This document shows, piece by piece, positions 39,551-48,946 of a stretch of 64,000 nt of DNA. The translations under genes and the position numbers were made by a program. Source of the stretch: Patescibacteria group bacterium (GTDB lineage: Bacteria; Patescibacteriota; Patescibacteriia; UBA1558; UBA10009); contig JBAZSE010000002.1 in the NCBI GenBank assembly GCA_041662565.1, positions 155,244-219,243 of the forward strand, read 5' to 3'. The notes under the pieces are model-generated. The model made no database searches. It saw only the letters and a program-made list of their open reading frames with translations, and was not told the DNA's origin. Within the stretch, counting starts at the first letter, position 1. Every line of letters starts with the position of its first letter.

Positions 39551-42500
39551 ATGTCTTTAAAAATGCCAGAACGCAAGTATTTTGTGTCTTCCAAGGTCGC
39601 CCTGCCCTTACCCGACCTAATTGAAGTGCAAAAAAGGTCTTACCAATGGTTCTTTGAGCATGGCTTAAAAGAACTGTTTGAAGAAATTTCGCCGATCAAA
39701 GATTTTATCGGCCGAAATTTAGAACTCTATTTTGAAGATTTTTATCTGGACGAACCCAAATTCCACGAAAGGGTAGCCAGAGCCAAAAACATCACTTACG
39801 AAGCGCCGCTTCGCGTTAAATCCCGTTTGGTTAACGAAAGAACAGGCGAAGTTAAAGAACAAGAAATTTATCTGGGTGATTTTCCCCTCATGACCAACAG
39901 GGGTACTTTTGTGATTAACGGCGTAGAAAGAGTTGTGGTTTCGCAGTTAATCCGCAGTGCCGGCGTATTTTTTACCTCCGACAATTTAAGAGGCAAACGC
40001 ATTTACGGCGCAAAAATCATTCCTAACCGCGGGGCCTGGCTGGAACTGGAAACCGATGCCAACCATGTTATCTATGTTAAAATTGACCGCAAAAGAAAAG
40101 TCGCTGTAACTGCTTTACTGCGCGCTTTTGGCGTTGGCACCGATGAAAAAATCAGGGAACTATTTGCCGATGCCGAAACTTTGCCCGATGTTAACTATAT
40201 TGAAAGCACACTGGCTAAGGATTCTTCCAAAACTGAAAATGAAGGCTTAATTGAGGTCTACAAAAGAATCAGGCCGGGTGATTTAGCCACTCCGGATAAC
40301 GCCAAATCGTTAATCCACGCCATGTTCTTTAATTTTGATCGCTATGACTTTGGCGTAGTTGGCCGCTACAAATTAAATAAAAAATTCAATTTAAACTTAC
40401 CGATTAATAAAGAAACCAGAATTTTAAGAATGGATGATTTGGTGAAAATTATTAAAGAAATCATCCGCTTAAATATCACCCAAGATCAACCCGATGATAT
40501 CGATCACTTGGGCAACAGACGCATTAGAGCCATTGGCGAATTGGTGCAGAACAAATGCCGCATCGGCTTGGCTAGAATGGAACGCATTATTAAAGATAGG
40601 ATGAGCACTCTGGATATTAATTCCGTTACCCCTAACCAATTGATTAATGCCCGTCCGGTTATCGGCTCCATTAAAGAATTTTTCATGAGCTCGCAATTAT
40701 CCCAGTTTATGGACCAAACAAATCCTTTGGCCGAGCTGGAACACAAGCGCCGCGTTTCGGCCATGGGCCCTGGCGGACTTTCGCGCGAGCGCGCGGGTTT
40801 TGAAGTTAGAGACGTGCATCGCACCCACTACGGCCGTATTTGTCCGATTGCTACTCCCGAAGGCCCGAACATCGGCTTGGTTGGCCACTTGGCTTCTTAC
40901 GCCAGAGTTAACGATTATGGTTTTATAGAAACCCCTTATAGAGTGGTTTTGCATGATATTGCCAATGATCCTAAAATTTCCACTGGCAAAATCGCCCGCC
41001 AAAATATTATTGATCCCGAAACCCAAAAGGTTTTAGCTAAAGAAGGCGAAACCATAACCGAAAGCAAAGCTAAAGAGCTTCACTCCCATAAAAATATTTT
41101 AAAACTTCCCATTAAGCCCGTGGTGACCAATGAAATTGTTTATTTGGATGCTTTTACCGAAGAAAGATTCAACACCGCGGCCGCCACTACACCGATTGAC
41201 GAAAAAACCAATTACTTTATCAAAGATTACGCCGAAATGAGAGTCCACGGCAAACCATCGTTTGCCCATGTTTCTACTATTGATTATTTGGATGTGGCGC
41301 CTAATCAAATTGTTTCCATTGCCACGGCCATGATTCCTTTCTTGGAACATGATGACGCCGTTCGTGCTTTGATGGGTACCAACATGCAACGTCAGGCAGT
41401 ATCTTTAGTTAAACCCGAGGCGCCAATTATCGGCACCGGTATTGAATTTAGAGCAGCCAAAGATTCGGGCCAAGTAATTGTAGCCGAAGAAGATGGTGTA
41501 GTTAGTTTGGTTCAAAGCAACAAAATCGTGGTGACAGATAAAGAAGGTGTTGATCATGAATACGTTTTGGGCAAATTTATGCGCTCCAACGCCTCTACCT
41601 GTATGAACCATCACCCGTTGGTTTCCAAGGGCGAAAAAATCCAAAAAGGCGATGTTATGGCTGATGGCGCCGCTACCGACCAAGGCGAACTGGCTTTAGG
41701 CCAAAACGTTTTAGTGGCTTTTATGTCTTGGGAAGGCGGCAACTACGAAGACGCCATTTTGATTTCCGAAAAAATCGTCCAGCGCGATTGCTTAAGCTCT
41801 ATCCATATTGAAGATTATTCCATTGATATCAGGGATACCAAGCTCGGGCCCGAAGTGGTTACCCAGGATATTCCTAATGTTAGTGAAGAAAAATTAAAGG
41901 ACTTGGACGAAGAAGGCGTTATTCATATCGGCGCCCAAGTTAAGGCCGGCGATATCTTGGTTGGTAAAATTACTCCTAAAGGTGAAACCGAACTATCGGC
42001 CGAAGAAAAATTATTGCGTGCCATTTTTGGTGAAAAAGCCAAAGACGTGCGCGATAGTTCGTTGTATTTAGAGCACGGCGAACACGGTAAAGTTATTGAT
42101 ATTAAAATTTTCTCCCGCAAAGCCGGCGATAAACTTCCGGCCGGAGTTATCAAGAGCATCCAAGTTACCATTGCCCAGTTAAGAAAAGTCCAACCCGGTG
42201 ATAAGCTAGCCGGCCGGCACGGCAATAAGGGTGTTATTTCCCGCATTGTACCGGTTCAGGATATGCCTTTCTTAGAAGACGGTACGCCGGTGGATATTAT
42301 TTTAAATCCTTTGGGCGTTATTTCTCGTATGAACTTAGGCCAGCTGTTAGAAACCCACTTGGGTATGGCGGCTAAAACCTTAAATTACAAAGTTGCTTCC
42401 CCTGCCTTAAACGGTGTGCCGATCGAAAACATTCGGGAAGAACTTAAAAATGCCGGTTTGCCTCAAGACGGCAAAATCCAGCTTTATCACGGCCGAACCG

Positions 42501-42931
42501 GTGAACCATTCAATAAAAAAACCACCGTCGGCGTGATTTACATGCTTAAGTTAAATCACTTGGTGGAAGATAAAATCCACCAACGTTCCATTGGGCCTTA
42601 CTCGCTGGTTACTCAGCAGCCATTGGGCGGTAAAGCGCAAGGCGGTGGACAAAGATTTGGTGAAATGGAAGTTTGGGCCTTGGAGGCCTATGGCGCCGCT
42701 CATGCTTTGCAGGAAATCTTAACCATCAAATCCGATGATATTCCTGGTAGAAGCAAGGCCTACGAATCAATTATTAAAGGTGAACCGGTTACCAAGCTTA
42801 ATATCCCCGAATCATTCAACGTGCTTGTTAGGGAACTTAAAGGTTTGGCTTTGGAGGTGGAACTATTAAAAGATGATAAACCCATTGCTAAAAATTTGAA
42901 GTCGGAAGAAGTTATAGAAGAAAAAGAATAA
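39551..42931 (+). CDS. rpoB: DNA-directed RNA polymerase subunit beta
   Basis: An 1126-aa protein with conserved beta-subunit blocks across its full length. Confidence 0.95.
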   Translation: MSLKMPERKYFVSSKVALPLPDLIEVQKRSYQWFFEHGLKELFEEISPIKDFIGRNLELYFEDFYLDEPKFHERVARAKNITYEAPLRVKSRLVNERTGEVKEQEIYLGDFPLMTNRGTFVINGVERVVVSQLIRSAGVFFTSDNLRGKRIYGAKIIPNRGAWLELETDANHVIYVKIDRKRKVAVTALLRAFGVGTDEKIRELFADAETLPDVNYIESTLAKDSSKTENEGLIEVYKRIRPGDLATPDNAKSLIHAMFFNFDRYDFGVVGRYKLNKKFNLNLPINKETRILRMDDLVKIIKEIIRLNITQDQPDDIDHLGNRRIRAIGELVQNKCRIGLARMERIIKDRMSTLDINSVTPNQLINARPVIGSIKEFFMSSQLSQFMDQTNPLAELEHKRRVSAMGPGGLSRERAGFEVRDVHRTHYGRICPIATPEGPNIGLVGHLASYARVNDYGFIETPYRVVLHDIANDPKISTGKIARQNIIDPETQKVLAKEGETITESKAKELHSHKNILKLPIKPVVTNEIVYLDAFTEERFNTAAATTPIDEKTNYFIKDYAEMRVHGKPSFAHVSTIDYLDVAPNQIVSIATAMIPFLEHDDAVRALMGTNMQRQAVSLVKPEAPIIGTGIEFRAAKDSGQVIVAEEDGVVSLVQSNKIVVTDKEGVDHEYVLGKFMRSNASTCMNHHPLVSKGEKIQKGDVMADGAATDQGELALGQNVLVAFMSWEGGNYEDAILISEKIVQRDCLSSIHIEDYSIDIRDTKLGPEVVTQDIPNVSEEKLKDLDEEGVIHIGAQVKAGDILVGKITPKGETELSAEEKLLRAIFGEKAKDVRDSSLYLEHGEHGKVIDIKIFSRKAGDKLPAGVIKSIQVTIAQLRKVQPGDKLAGRHGNKGVISRIVPVQDMPFLEDGTPVDIILNPLGVISRMNLGQLLETHLGMAAKTLNYKVASPALNGVPIENIREELKNAGLPQDGKIQLYHGRTGEPFNKKTTVGVIYMLKLNHLVEDKIHQRSIGPYSLVTQQPLGGKAQGGGQRFGEMEVWALEAYGAAHALQEILTIKSDDIPGRSKAYESIIKGEPVTKLNIPESFNVLVRELKGLALEVELLKDDKPIAKNLKSEEVIEEKE

Positions 42932-42956
42932 CCTATCAATTCTACTTCATCAGACA

Positions 42957-42973
42957 ATCGAGCTGAGCTCGAC
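42957..42973. repeat. Palindromic repeat copy (ATCGAGCTGAGCTCGAC) in the rpoB-rpoC intergenic region
   Basis: A 16/17 palindrome with a partial extra half-site at 42990. Confidence 0.6.
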
Positions 42974-43025
42974 ATCATTTATCATTCAATCGAGTTAACA
43001 CTCAAAATAATTCAAAATTGAACAT

Positions 43026-46000
43026 ATGCCTAATCCATCTTCCAGCAAAACCTCTTTCATGGCCGATAACAATGCTCCGGCCGCCGATTTTAACGGCATC
43101 CGCTTGCATCTGGCTTCAGCCAAAGAAATTTTGGACTGGTCTTACGGCGAGGTTTTAAAGCCCGAGACCATTAATTATCGCACCCAAAAACCGGAAAAAG
43201 ACGGTTTGTTTTGCGAACGCATTTTTGGACCCAGCAAAGATTGGGAATGCTACTGCGGCAAATACAAACGCATCCGCTATAAAGGCATTACTTGTGACAA
43301 ATGTGGCGTAGAAGTTACCCGCTCGGTTGTTAGGCGCGAACGCATGGGTCACATTGCCTTGGCCGCCCCTGTTTCACATATTTGGTTTTTACGGGGCATC
43401 CCATCAAAGATCGGTTTGATTTTGGATTTATCCATTCAAGAATTGGAAAAGGTCATTTACTTCGCTTCTTTTATTATTTTGCATGTTGATGAAGATTTAA
43501 GAGAGCAGACCTTGGAACAGATTAAAGGAGAACTTAAAAGCAAACGCAAGGCCATTGAACGCGAGTTTGAGCTTAAAGTGACTGAACTGAATCAAAAAAA
43601 GCAAAGCTCTTCGTTAACCGAAAATGCTTTTGTTAAAGAACAAAATATTTTAAACGGCTTAAAAGATAGTAAGCTAGAAACCCTAGAACACGCGGCCGAA
43701 GTTGCTAAAAAAGAACTTAAAGATTTAAAACCCTTAAAAATTATTTCCGAAAGCGCTTTTCAGGATCTTTCCTTAAAGTACGGCCATGTGTTTGAAGCCG
43801 GTATCGGCAGCGAAGCCATCCGCAAACTTTTAGTGGGCATTGATTTGGAGGCCGTAGCCAAACGGTTAGATCAAGAAATTACCCAAGTTATTCCTTCCAA
43901 AAAGAAACGCTTAATTAGAAGATCCAAGTTGGTAAAAAATTTATTGGTTAACTCCATCAGACCGGAATCCATGATCTTAACCATGGTGCCGGTTATTCCT
44001 CCGGATCTGCGTCCGATTGTTCAACTTGATGGCGGCCGTTTTGCCACTTCGGATTTAAATGATTTATACCGCCGAGTTATCAACCGCAACAACCGCTTAA
44101 AGCGCTTACAAGAATTAAACGCTCCGGAAGTTATTCAAAGAAACGAAAAAAGAATGTTGCAGGAAGCAGTAGATGCTTTAATTGATAACAGCGCCCGCAG
44201 AGGCAAAACCGTTACGGCTTCCACCGGCCAAAAGCGCATGCTTAAAAGCATTGCCGATATTTTAAAAGGTAAGCAAGGTCGTTTTAGACAAAACTTGTTG
44301 GGCAAGCGTATCGACTACTCCGGACGTTCCGTTATCGTCATCGGACCTAAATTGGAAATGCACCAATGCGGTTTGCCAAAAACCATGGCCTTGGAACTGT
44401 TCCGCCCGTTTGTTATTTCCGAATTGATCAAAGGCGAAATGGTCCACAATGTTAGAAGCGCCAACCGTTATATAGAACAAGATCACGAAGAGGTTTGGGC
44501 CATTTTGGAACAGATTACCCAAAAAGCCCATGTCTTTTTAAACCGTGCCCCAACCTTGCACCGCTTGGGCATTCAGGCCTTCCAACCGATTTTAATTGAA
44601 GGCAAGGCCATTCAAATTCATCCTATGGTGTGTAAGGCCTTTAACGCCGACTTTGATGGTGACCAAATGGCCGTTCATGTGCCGATTACCGAAGAAGCCA
44701 AGCGCGAAGCCGCTGAAATCATGCTTTCCAGCAAAAATTTGCTCAAACCGGCTACCGGCGAACCAGTGGCTTCGCCCGACCAAGATGTTGTTTGGGGTTG
44801 TTACTATTTAACCTTCATTAATCCGGCTCAAGCCAAACCGGTTAAATATTTCTCCAATGCCGAAGAAGCCAAAACCGCCCACAACTTAAACAAGCTTAAA
44901 CTGCATGACCGCATCGGTTTGTATCTTAAAGGCGAAATGGTTGAAACTACCGTTGGACGTTTGATTTTTAATGAAATTATTCCCGATAAATTACAGTTTG
45001 TTAACGAAGAAATGAATTCCCGAACCTTAAAACAATTGGTGGCTCGCGCTTTAGATATTTACGATCGCGAATACACCGCTGTTTTCTTGGATCAATTAAA
45101 AACTATCGGCTACCAAACCATTACCGCTTCCGGCCTTTCCTGGGGCATGAATGATATTCCAACGTTAAAAGAAAAACCGGAAATTATTAAAAAGGGTGAA
45201 AAGCTGGTAGAACAAATCCAAGAACATTATGAAGGCGGTTTGTTAACCAACAAAGAACGCTATGTTAAAGTGGTTGAAGTTTGGAGCGGGGTTAAAGAAG
45301 AAATTACCGAACTTTCCAAAACTTCTTTTGACTCCGGCAGTTCCCTCTTCTCCATTATCAATTCCGGTGCTCGTGGTTCTTGGGCCCAGATGATTCAGAT
45401 TATGGGTATTAAGGGCTTGGTAATTAACCCCTCCGGTGAAATTATTGAACTGCCGATTAAGGCCAACTTCCAAGAGGGCTTGGATGTATTGGAATATTTC
45501 ATCTCCACTCATGGTACTAGAAAGGGTCTTTCGGATACCGCTTTAAGAACTGCCAATGCCGGTTACTTAACCAGACGTTTGGTGGATGTGGCACAGGATT
45601 TAGTAATTATGGAAGAAGATTGCCAGGATACCGAGGGCTTTACTATCTCTCAAGCCGATTCCGAAAAAATGGGCGAAACCATTCCTAACTTAATTTGGGG
45701 CCGCACCACTATGAGGGATATTGTTCATCCCAAAACCAAAAAAGTTATTGTTAAAGAAGGTGAAATCGTTACCAAGGAACATCTTAAAAAACTGGAAGGC
45801 CACGATTTAGCCGAAGTAAAAATCCGTTCCAATATTACCTGTAAGGCCATTAGGGGCTTATGTCAAAAATGCTACGGCTTTGATCTGGGTTATAACAAAC
45901 CGGTAGAACTGGGCACAGCGGCCGGCGTAATTGCCGCTCAATCAATCGGCGAACCAGGCACCCAGTTAACTATGAGAACTTTCCACACCGGCGGTGTTGC

Positions 46001-46916
46001 CGGTGCCGACATTACCCAAGGTTTGCCTAGGGTAGAAGAATTATTTGAAGCCCGACCGCCCAAAAAGAAAGCCATTATTGCTGATGTTCATGGCCAAGTT
46101 ACTATTGATAAAAATATGGCCGGCGGCACCCGTAGCCAAAGAGTTATTCAAATCAAGTACAACGGCGAGGTGGAAGAAAATATTGCCTTAAACGAAGATT
46201 TTGATTTACTGGTTAAAAACGGCGCCTTGGTTAACCCGGGAGATGTTTTGATGAAACACAAAGAAAACGCCAAAAAGGTTATTAAAACCACTCATACCGG
46301 CATTGTGGAACTAGGCAAAGAAACTCTTAAAATCATTTCCAACACCGAATCAATTAAAGAAGAAATTATTCCGGCCGGCTATGCCCTTTGGGTTAAAGAT
46401 GGTGATTTGGTTAATCCTGGTGATGCCTTAACCGAAGGCAGCATGGATTTGCATGAACTGCACCAATTTAAAGGCCAGTTGGAAGTTCAAAAATATATCA
46501 TCAAAGAAATTCTTTATATTTATTCTTCGCAGGGCCAAAAACTTAATGCCAAGCATATTGAAATTATCGTTAGGCAAATGTTCTCACGCTTGATAGTTAA
46601 AGAAGCCGGCGATACTAATTTACTGCCGGGCGAAACCGTAACCCAATCTTTGCTTTCCGAAGAAAACAATAAAGCCAAAAAGTTAAAGGGTAAAGAAGCT
46701 ACAGCTGAAGTGATGCTCTTAGGTCTGATTAAGGCCTCGCTTTCCACTGATTCTTTCCTCTCGGCCGCTTCGTTCCAAGAAACCGCCAGGGTCTTAATTG
46801 ATGCCGCTATTACCGGCAAGATTGACCATTTGCGTGGCTTAAAAGAAAACGTTATTATCGGCCGCCTGATTCCGGCCGGTACCGGTTACAAGCACGTGGC
46901 TACTAAAAAGAAATAA
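43026..46916 (+). CDS. rpoC: DNA-directed RNA polymerase subunit beta'
   Basis: The zinc-binding CX2C...CX2C N-terminus, the catalytic NADFDGD motif, and a full-length 1296 aa. Confidence 0.95.
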   Translation: MPNPSSSKTSFMADNNAPAADFNGIRLHLASAKEILDWSYGEVLKPETINYRTQKPEKDGLFCERIFGPSKDWECYCGKYKRIRYKGITCDKCGVEVTRSVVRRERMGHIALAAPVSHIWFLRGIPSKIGLILDLSIQELEKVIYFASFIILHVDEDLREQTLEQIKGELKSKRKAIEREFELKVTELNQKKQSSSLTENAFVKEQNILNGLKDSKLETLEHAAEVAKKELKDLKPLKIISESAFQDLSLKYGHVFEAGIGSEAIRKLLVGIDLEAVAKRLDQEITQVIPSKKKRLIRRSKLVKNLLVNSIRPESMILTMVPVIPPDLRPIVQLDGGRFATSDLNDLYRRVINRNNRLKRLQELNAPEVIQRNEKRMLQEAVDALIDNSARRGKTVTASTGQKRMLKSIADILKGKQGRFRQNLLGKRIDYSGRSVIVIGPKLEMHQCGLPKTMALELFRPFVISELIKGEMVHNVRSANRYIEQDHEEVWAILEQITQKAHVFLNRAPTLHRLGIQAFQPILIEGKAIQIHPMVCKAFNADFDGDQMAVHVPITEEAKREAAEIMLSSKNLLKPATGEPVASPDQDVVWGCYYLTFINPAQAKPVKYFSNAEEAKTAHNLNKLKLHDRIGLYLKGEMVETTVGRLIFNEIIPDKLQFVNEEMNSRTLKQLVARALDIYDREYTAVFLDQLKTIGYQTITASGLSWGMNDIPTLKEKPEIIKKGEKLVEQIQEHYEGGLLTNKERYVKVVEVWSGVKEEITELSKTSFDSGSSLFSIINSGARGSWAQMIQIMGIKGLVINPSGEIIELPIKANFQEGLDVLEYFISTHGTRKGLSDTALRTANAGYLTRRLVDVAQDLVIMEEDCQDTEGFTISQADSEKMGETIPNLIWGRTTMRDIVHPKTKKVIVKEGEIVTKEHLKKLEGHDLAEVKIRSNITCKAIRGLCQKCYGFDLGYNKPVELGTAAGVIAAQSIGEPGTQLTMRTFHTGGVAGADITQGLPRVEELFEARPPKKKAIIADVHGQVTIDKNMAGGTRSQRVIQIKYNGEVEENIALNEDFDLLVKNGALVNPGDVLMKHKENAKKVIKTTHTGIVELGKETLKIISNTESIKEEIIPAGYALWVKDGDLVNPGDALTEGSMDLHELHQFKGQLEVQKYIIKEILYIYSSQGQKLNAKHIEIIVRQMFSRLIVKEAGDTNLLPGETVTQSLLSEENNKAKKLKGKEATAEVMLLGLIKASLSTDSFLSAASFQETARVLIDAAITGKIDHLRGLKENVIIGRLIPAGTGYKHVATKKK

Positions 46917-46992
46917 ACTCGTAAAGTAATTTAGAAAAACATCGGGGAGCAGTCCTCGATGTTTTTTGTTTATAATTATTTAACTGTTTTAA

Positions 46993-47733
46993 CTAATTTG
47001 TTCTTATTGTTTCCGCGCCGAGCCAAGATAATTTATAAACTTGTTTCATAGCCTCGGCAATGGCCGGTGATTCAATGATGATCGACATTTTTTCTGCGTA
47101 ATTTAAAAATGCCACATTGTTATTATAAATATTTATTTCAACACCCGGCCAAAATTTATCCTTGGGCACAATTAACGTGTCCGCCAATTCTGACGCGTCT
47201 TTAAAACGATGCTTGCTATCCCACATTGAACCAACGCCGGCAATTCTTTTGGCGCCAATACCGGCAGCCACTCTTTTTTGAATATAATTTTTATCAACCT
47301 CGGGATATTCAAAATAAGCATTGGTATTCCATTCCAAAATTTCCTTGGGCTTTTCCCGCAAAGTATCATCATAAATTTCCTGAATTGATTTTGCGCCCTC
47401 ATAAAACAAAATCTTGGGTTTGTTTTCTTTTTGATTATACAAGGCCTCAAATTCAGGCAAAGATCTTTTTACCCGATCGTTTAAGGTATTGGCTAAAGCC
47501 AAAAGCTTATCTGGCGGTTCAGCTAAAAACCGTGTTTTGCCTTTTTCTTTGGATTTAGCCACCAAACCTTTTTCCGTTAATACTTTTAAAACCGAATAGG
47601 TGGTGGTACGTTGTAAAACGGCCTCTTTAGCGATATTTTGAGCTGAATTTAGTCCTGTTTTAAGGGCTGATAAGTACACCTTGGCTTCGTTTTGACTAAA
47701 TCCTAATTGTTCTAAAAGCTTGTCTAAGGCCAT
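46993..47733 (-). CDS. TrmB-family HTH transcriptional regulator
   Basis: The N-terminal wHTH (LGFSQNEAKVYLSALKTGLNSAQNIA) and a TrmB-like C-terminal domain. Confidence 0.55.
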   Translation of the reverse strand: MALDKLLEQLGFSQNEAKVYLSALKTGLNSAQNIAKEAVLQRTTTYSVLKVLTEKGLVAKSKEKGKTRFLAEPPDKLLALANTLNDRVKRSLPEFEALYNQKENKPKILFYEGAKSIQEIYDDTLREKPKEILEWNTNAYFEYPEVDKNYIQKRVAAGIGAKRIAGVGSMWDSKHRFKDASELADTLIVPKDKFWPGVEINIYNNNVAFLNYAEKMSIIIESPAIAEAMKQVYKLSWLGAETIRTN

Positions 47734-47854
47734 ATTTTTAAAAATTATTTTAATAATGACGAACTATCTTTAGTCATTTTAGCATAGATTTTTAGCTAAG
47801 TCAAAGGATAATTGAATAATTATAAAAAATACTCGTCAATTCTGACGAAAAGTA

Positions 47855-47883
47855 TTGACAATATGCATTCTAGATTGTATTAT
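47855..47883 (+). promoter_or_regulatory. Consensus-like promoter (TTGACA-17-TATTAT) for the small-peptide gene, overlapped by the palindrome CGTCAATTCTGACG
   Basis: A perfect -35 hexamer and a good -10. The CGTCA...TGACG inverted repeat lies immediately upstream. Confidence 0.5.
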
Positions 47884-47912
47884 GAATTGAAAACCATAAT
47901 TCAGGAGAGGTG

Positions 47913-48071
47913 ATGAAAAAAGACATTTACCCGCCAACAGTCCCTGGCGGCGCAGCCCCTGGTTCCCAAAAACCAGAAAAAAACAGTACCTGGGGAGACA
48001 AATTCCCCGGATCAACCCCAAGTGGAATTGCCCCAGGGTCACAGGATCAGCCACTTCCATTAATGAAGTAA
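47913..48071 (+). CDS. Small Pro/Gly-rich peptide (52 aa), hypothetical
   Basis: An AGGAGAGGTG RBS 5 nt before the ATG, the strong promoter upstream, and a GC hairpin with T-run terminator at about 48079-48133. The product is MKKDIYPPTVPGGAAPGSQKPEKNSTWGDKFPGSTPSGIAPGSQDQPLPLMK. Confidence 0.4.
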   Translation: MKKDIYPPTVPGGAAPGSQKPEKNSTWGDKFPGSTPSGIAPGSQDQPLPLMK

Positions 48072-48225
48072 AGTTGACCTCCCCGCTCCGCTGTTATCTC
48101 AATAGATGACAGTTGGGGCGGGGATCTTTTTTTTAAATTTGACAATATTTTTGGTTATGTTATTATCAAATCAAACGAGAGCGGCGACAAATCCCCGTAG
48201 GGAAAGGCCTGATAAATAATCAGAT

Positions 48226-48783
48226 CTAGCCGAAATTCTGACCACCCCTAATTAGGGTGGTTATTTTATTTCTCGCCATTTCATACAACTGCTGTGCTTC
48301 TTTTTTTAAAGGTTCTTCGTAATAAGCCCTGATTAAACCAGCAAATAAATCTGCCACTCTCAAACCCGGAAATGACAGATCATTAGCTGTTTTAACTTTT
48401 TTTACTAGCATACCATTCTTGCGAAAAAACTGTTTCAACAACAAATGATAACGTCTGGACTTTTTGCCATCAATTATTATTTGTTTAATTTTTTCGTTAG
48501 CCACAAGATTGATAACAGCTTTATGGAAATCCATTTCAATAAATGGATTACGCAATAACGCGGCTTTGACTAAAAAATCTTCACCAGACAATCTTTCTAG
48601 AAATAATTTTCTAATTTTCCAAATTTGTTTATTCCAATGGAATGCATCAATGCGCAAAAACTTCTCTGTTTCTACAATAGCATTGTTCAATTTATCTAAA
48701 TTTTCTACCTCAATATAAACCAAAGCAACAGCTGATTTACCTGAAGGTTTATGGATTCCTGATTCATCAATGAAAATATACAT
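48226..48783 (-). CDS. DUF3800-family protein
   Basis: The N-terminus MYIFIDESG is characteristic of DUF3800. Confidence 0.5.
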   Translation of the reverse strand: MYIFIDESGIHKPSGKSAVALVYIEVENLDKLNNAIVETEKFLRIDAFHWNKQIWKIRKLFLERLSGEDFLVKAALLRNPFIEMDFHKAVINLVANEKIKQIIIDGKKSRRYHLLLKQFFRKNGMLVKKVKTANDLSFPGLRVADLFAGLIRAYYEEPLKKEAQQLYEMARNKITTLIRGGQNFG

Positions 48784-48946
48784 ATTTTAATTTTAAATAA
48801 TAAAAACAGGGCCATGCCTATATAGGCATTTTGACCCTGCTATTTCCTATATCTTAGAAAATTATTGACGACATGTCAAATGACCTCAACCTACTTCCCC
48901 AAACCCGCAAAAAATGCTAAAATAACTACCGTTATACACTTTATTT

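Noticed and set aside
40469-46819. Numerous antisense or overlapping ORFs of 60-110 aa inside rpoB, rpoC, smc, polA, ftsK and recA
   Set aside because: They lie entirely within strongly supported long genes on the opposite strand or in alternate frames. They have no RBS or independent signals and show the low-complexity composition typical of spurious shadow ORFs.
48131-48160. Possible extra promoter (TTGACA-16-TATTAT) and small RNA in the 48072-48225 spacer
   Set aside because: The hexamers are plausible, but no downstream structured RNA or ORF could be supported. The adjacent hairpin is explained as the terminator and 3' end of the flanking genes.
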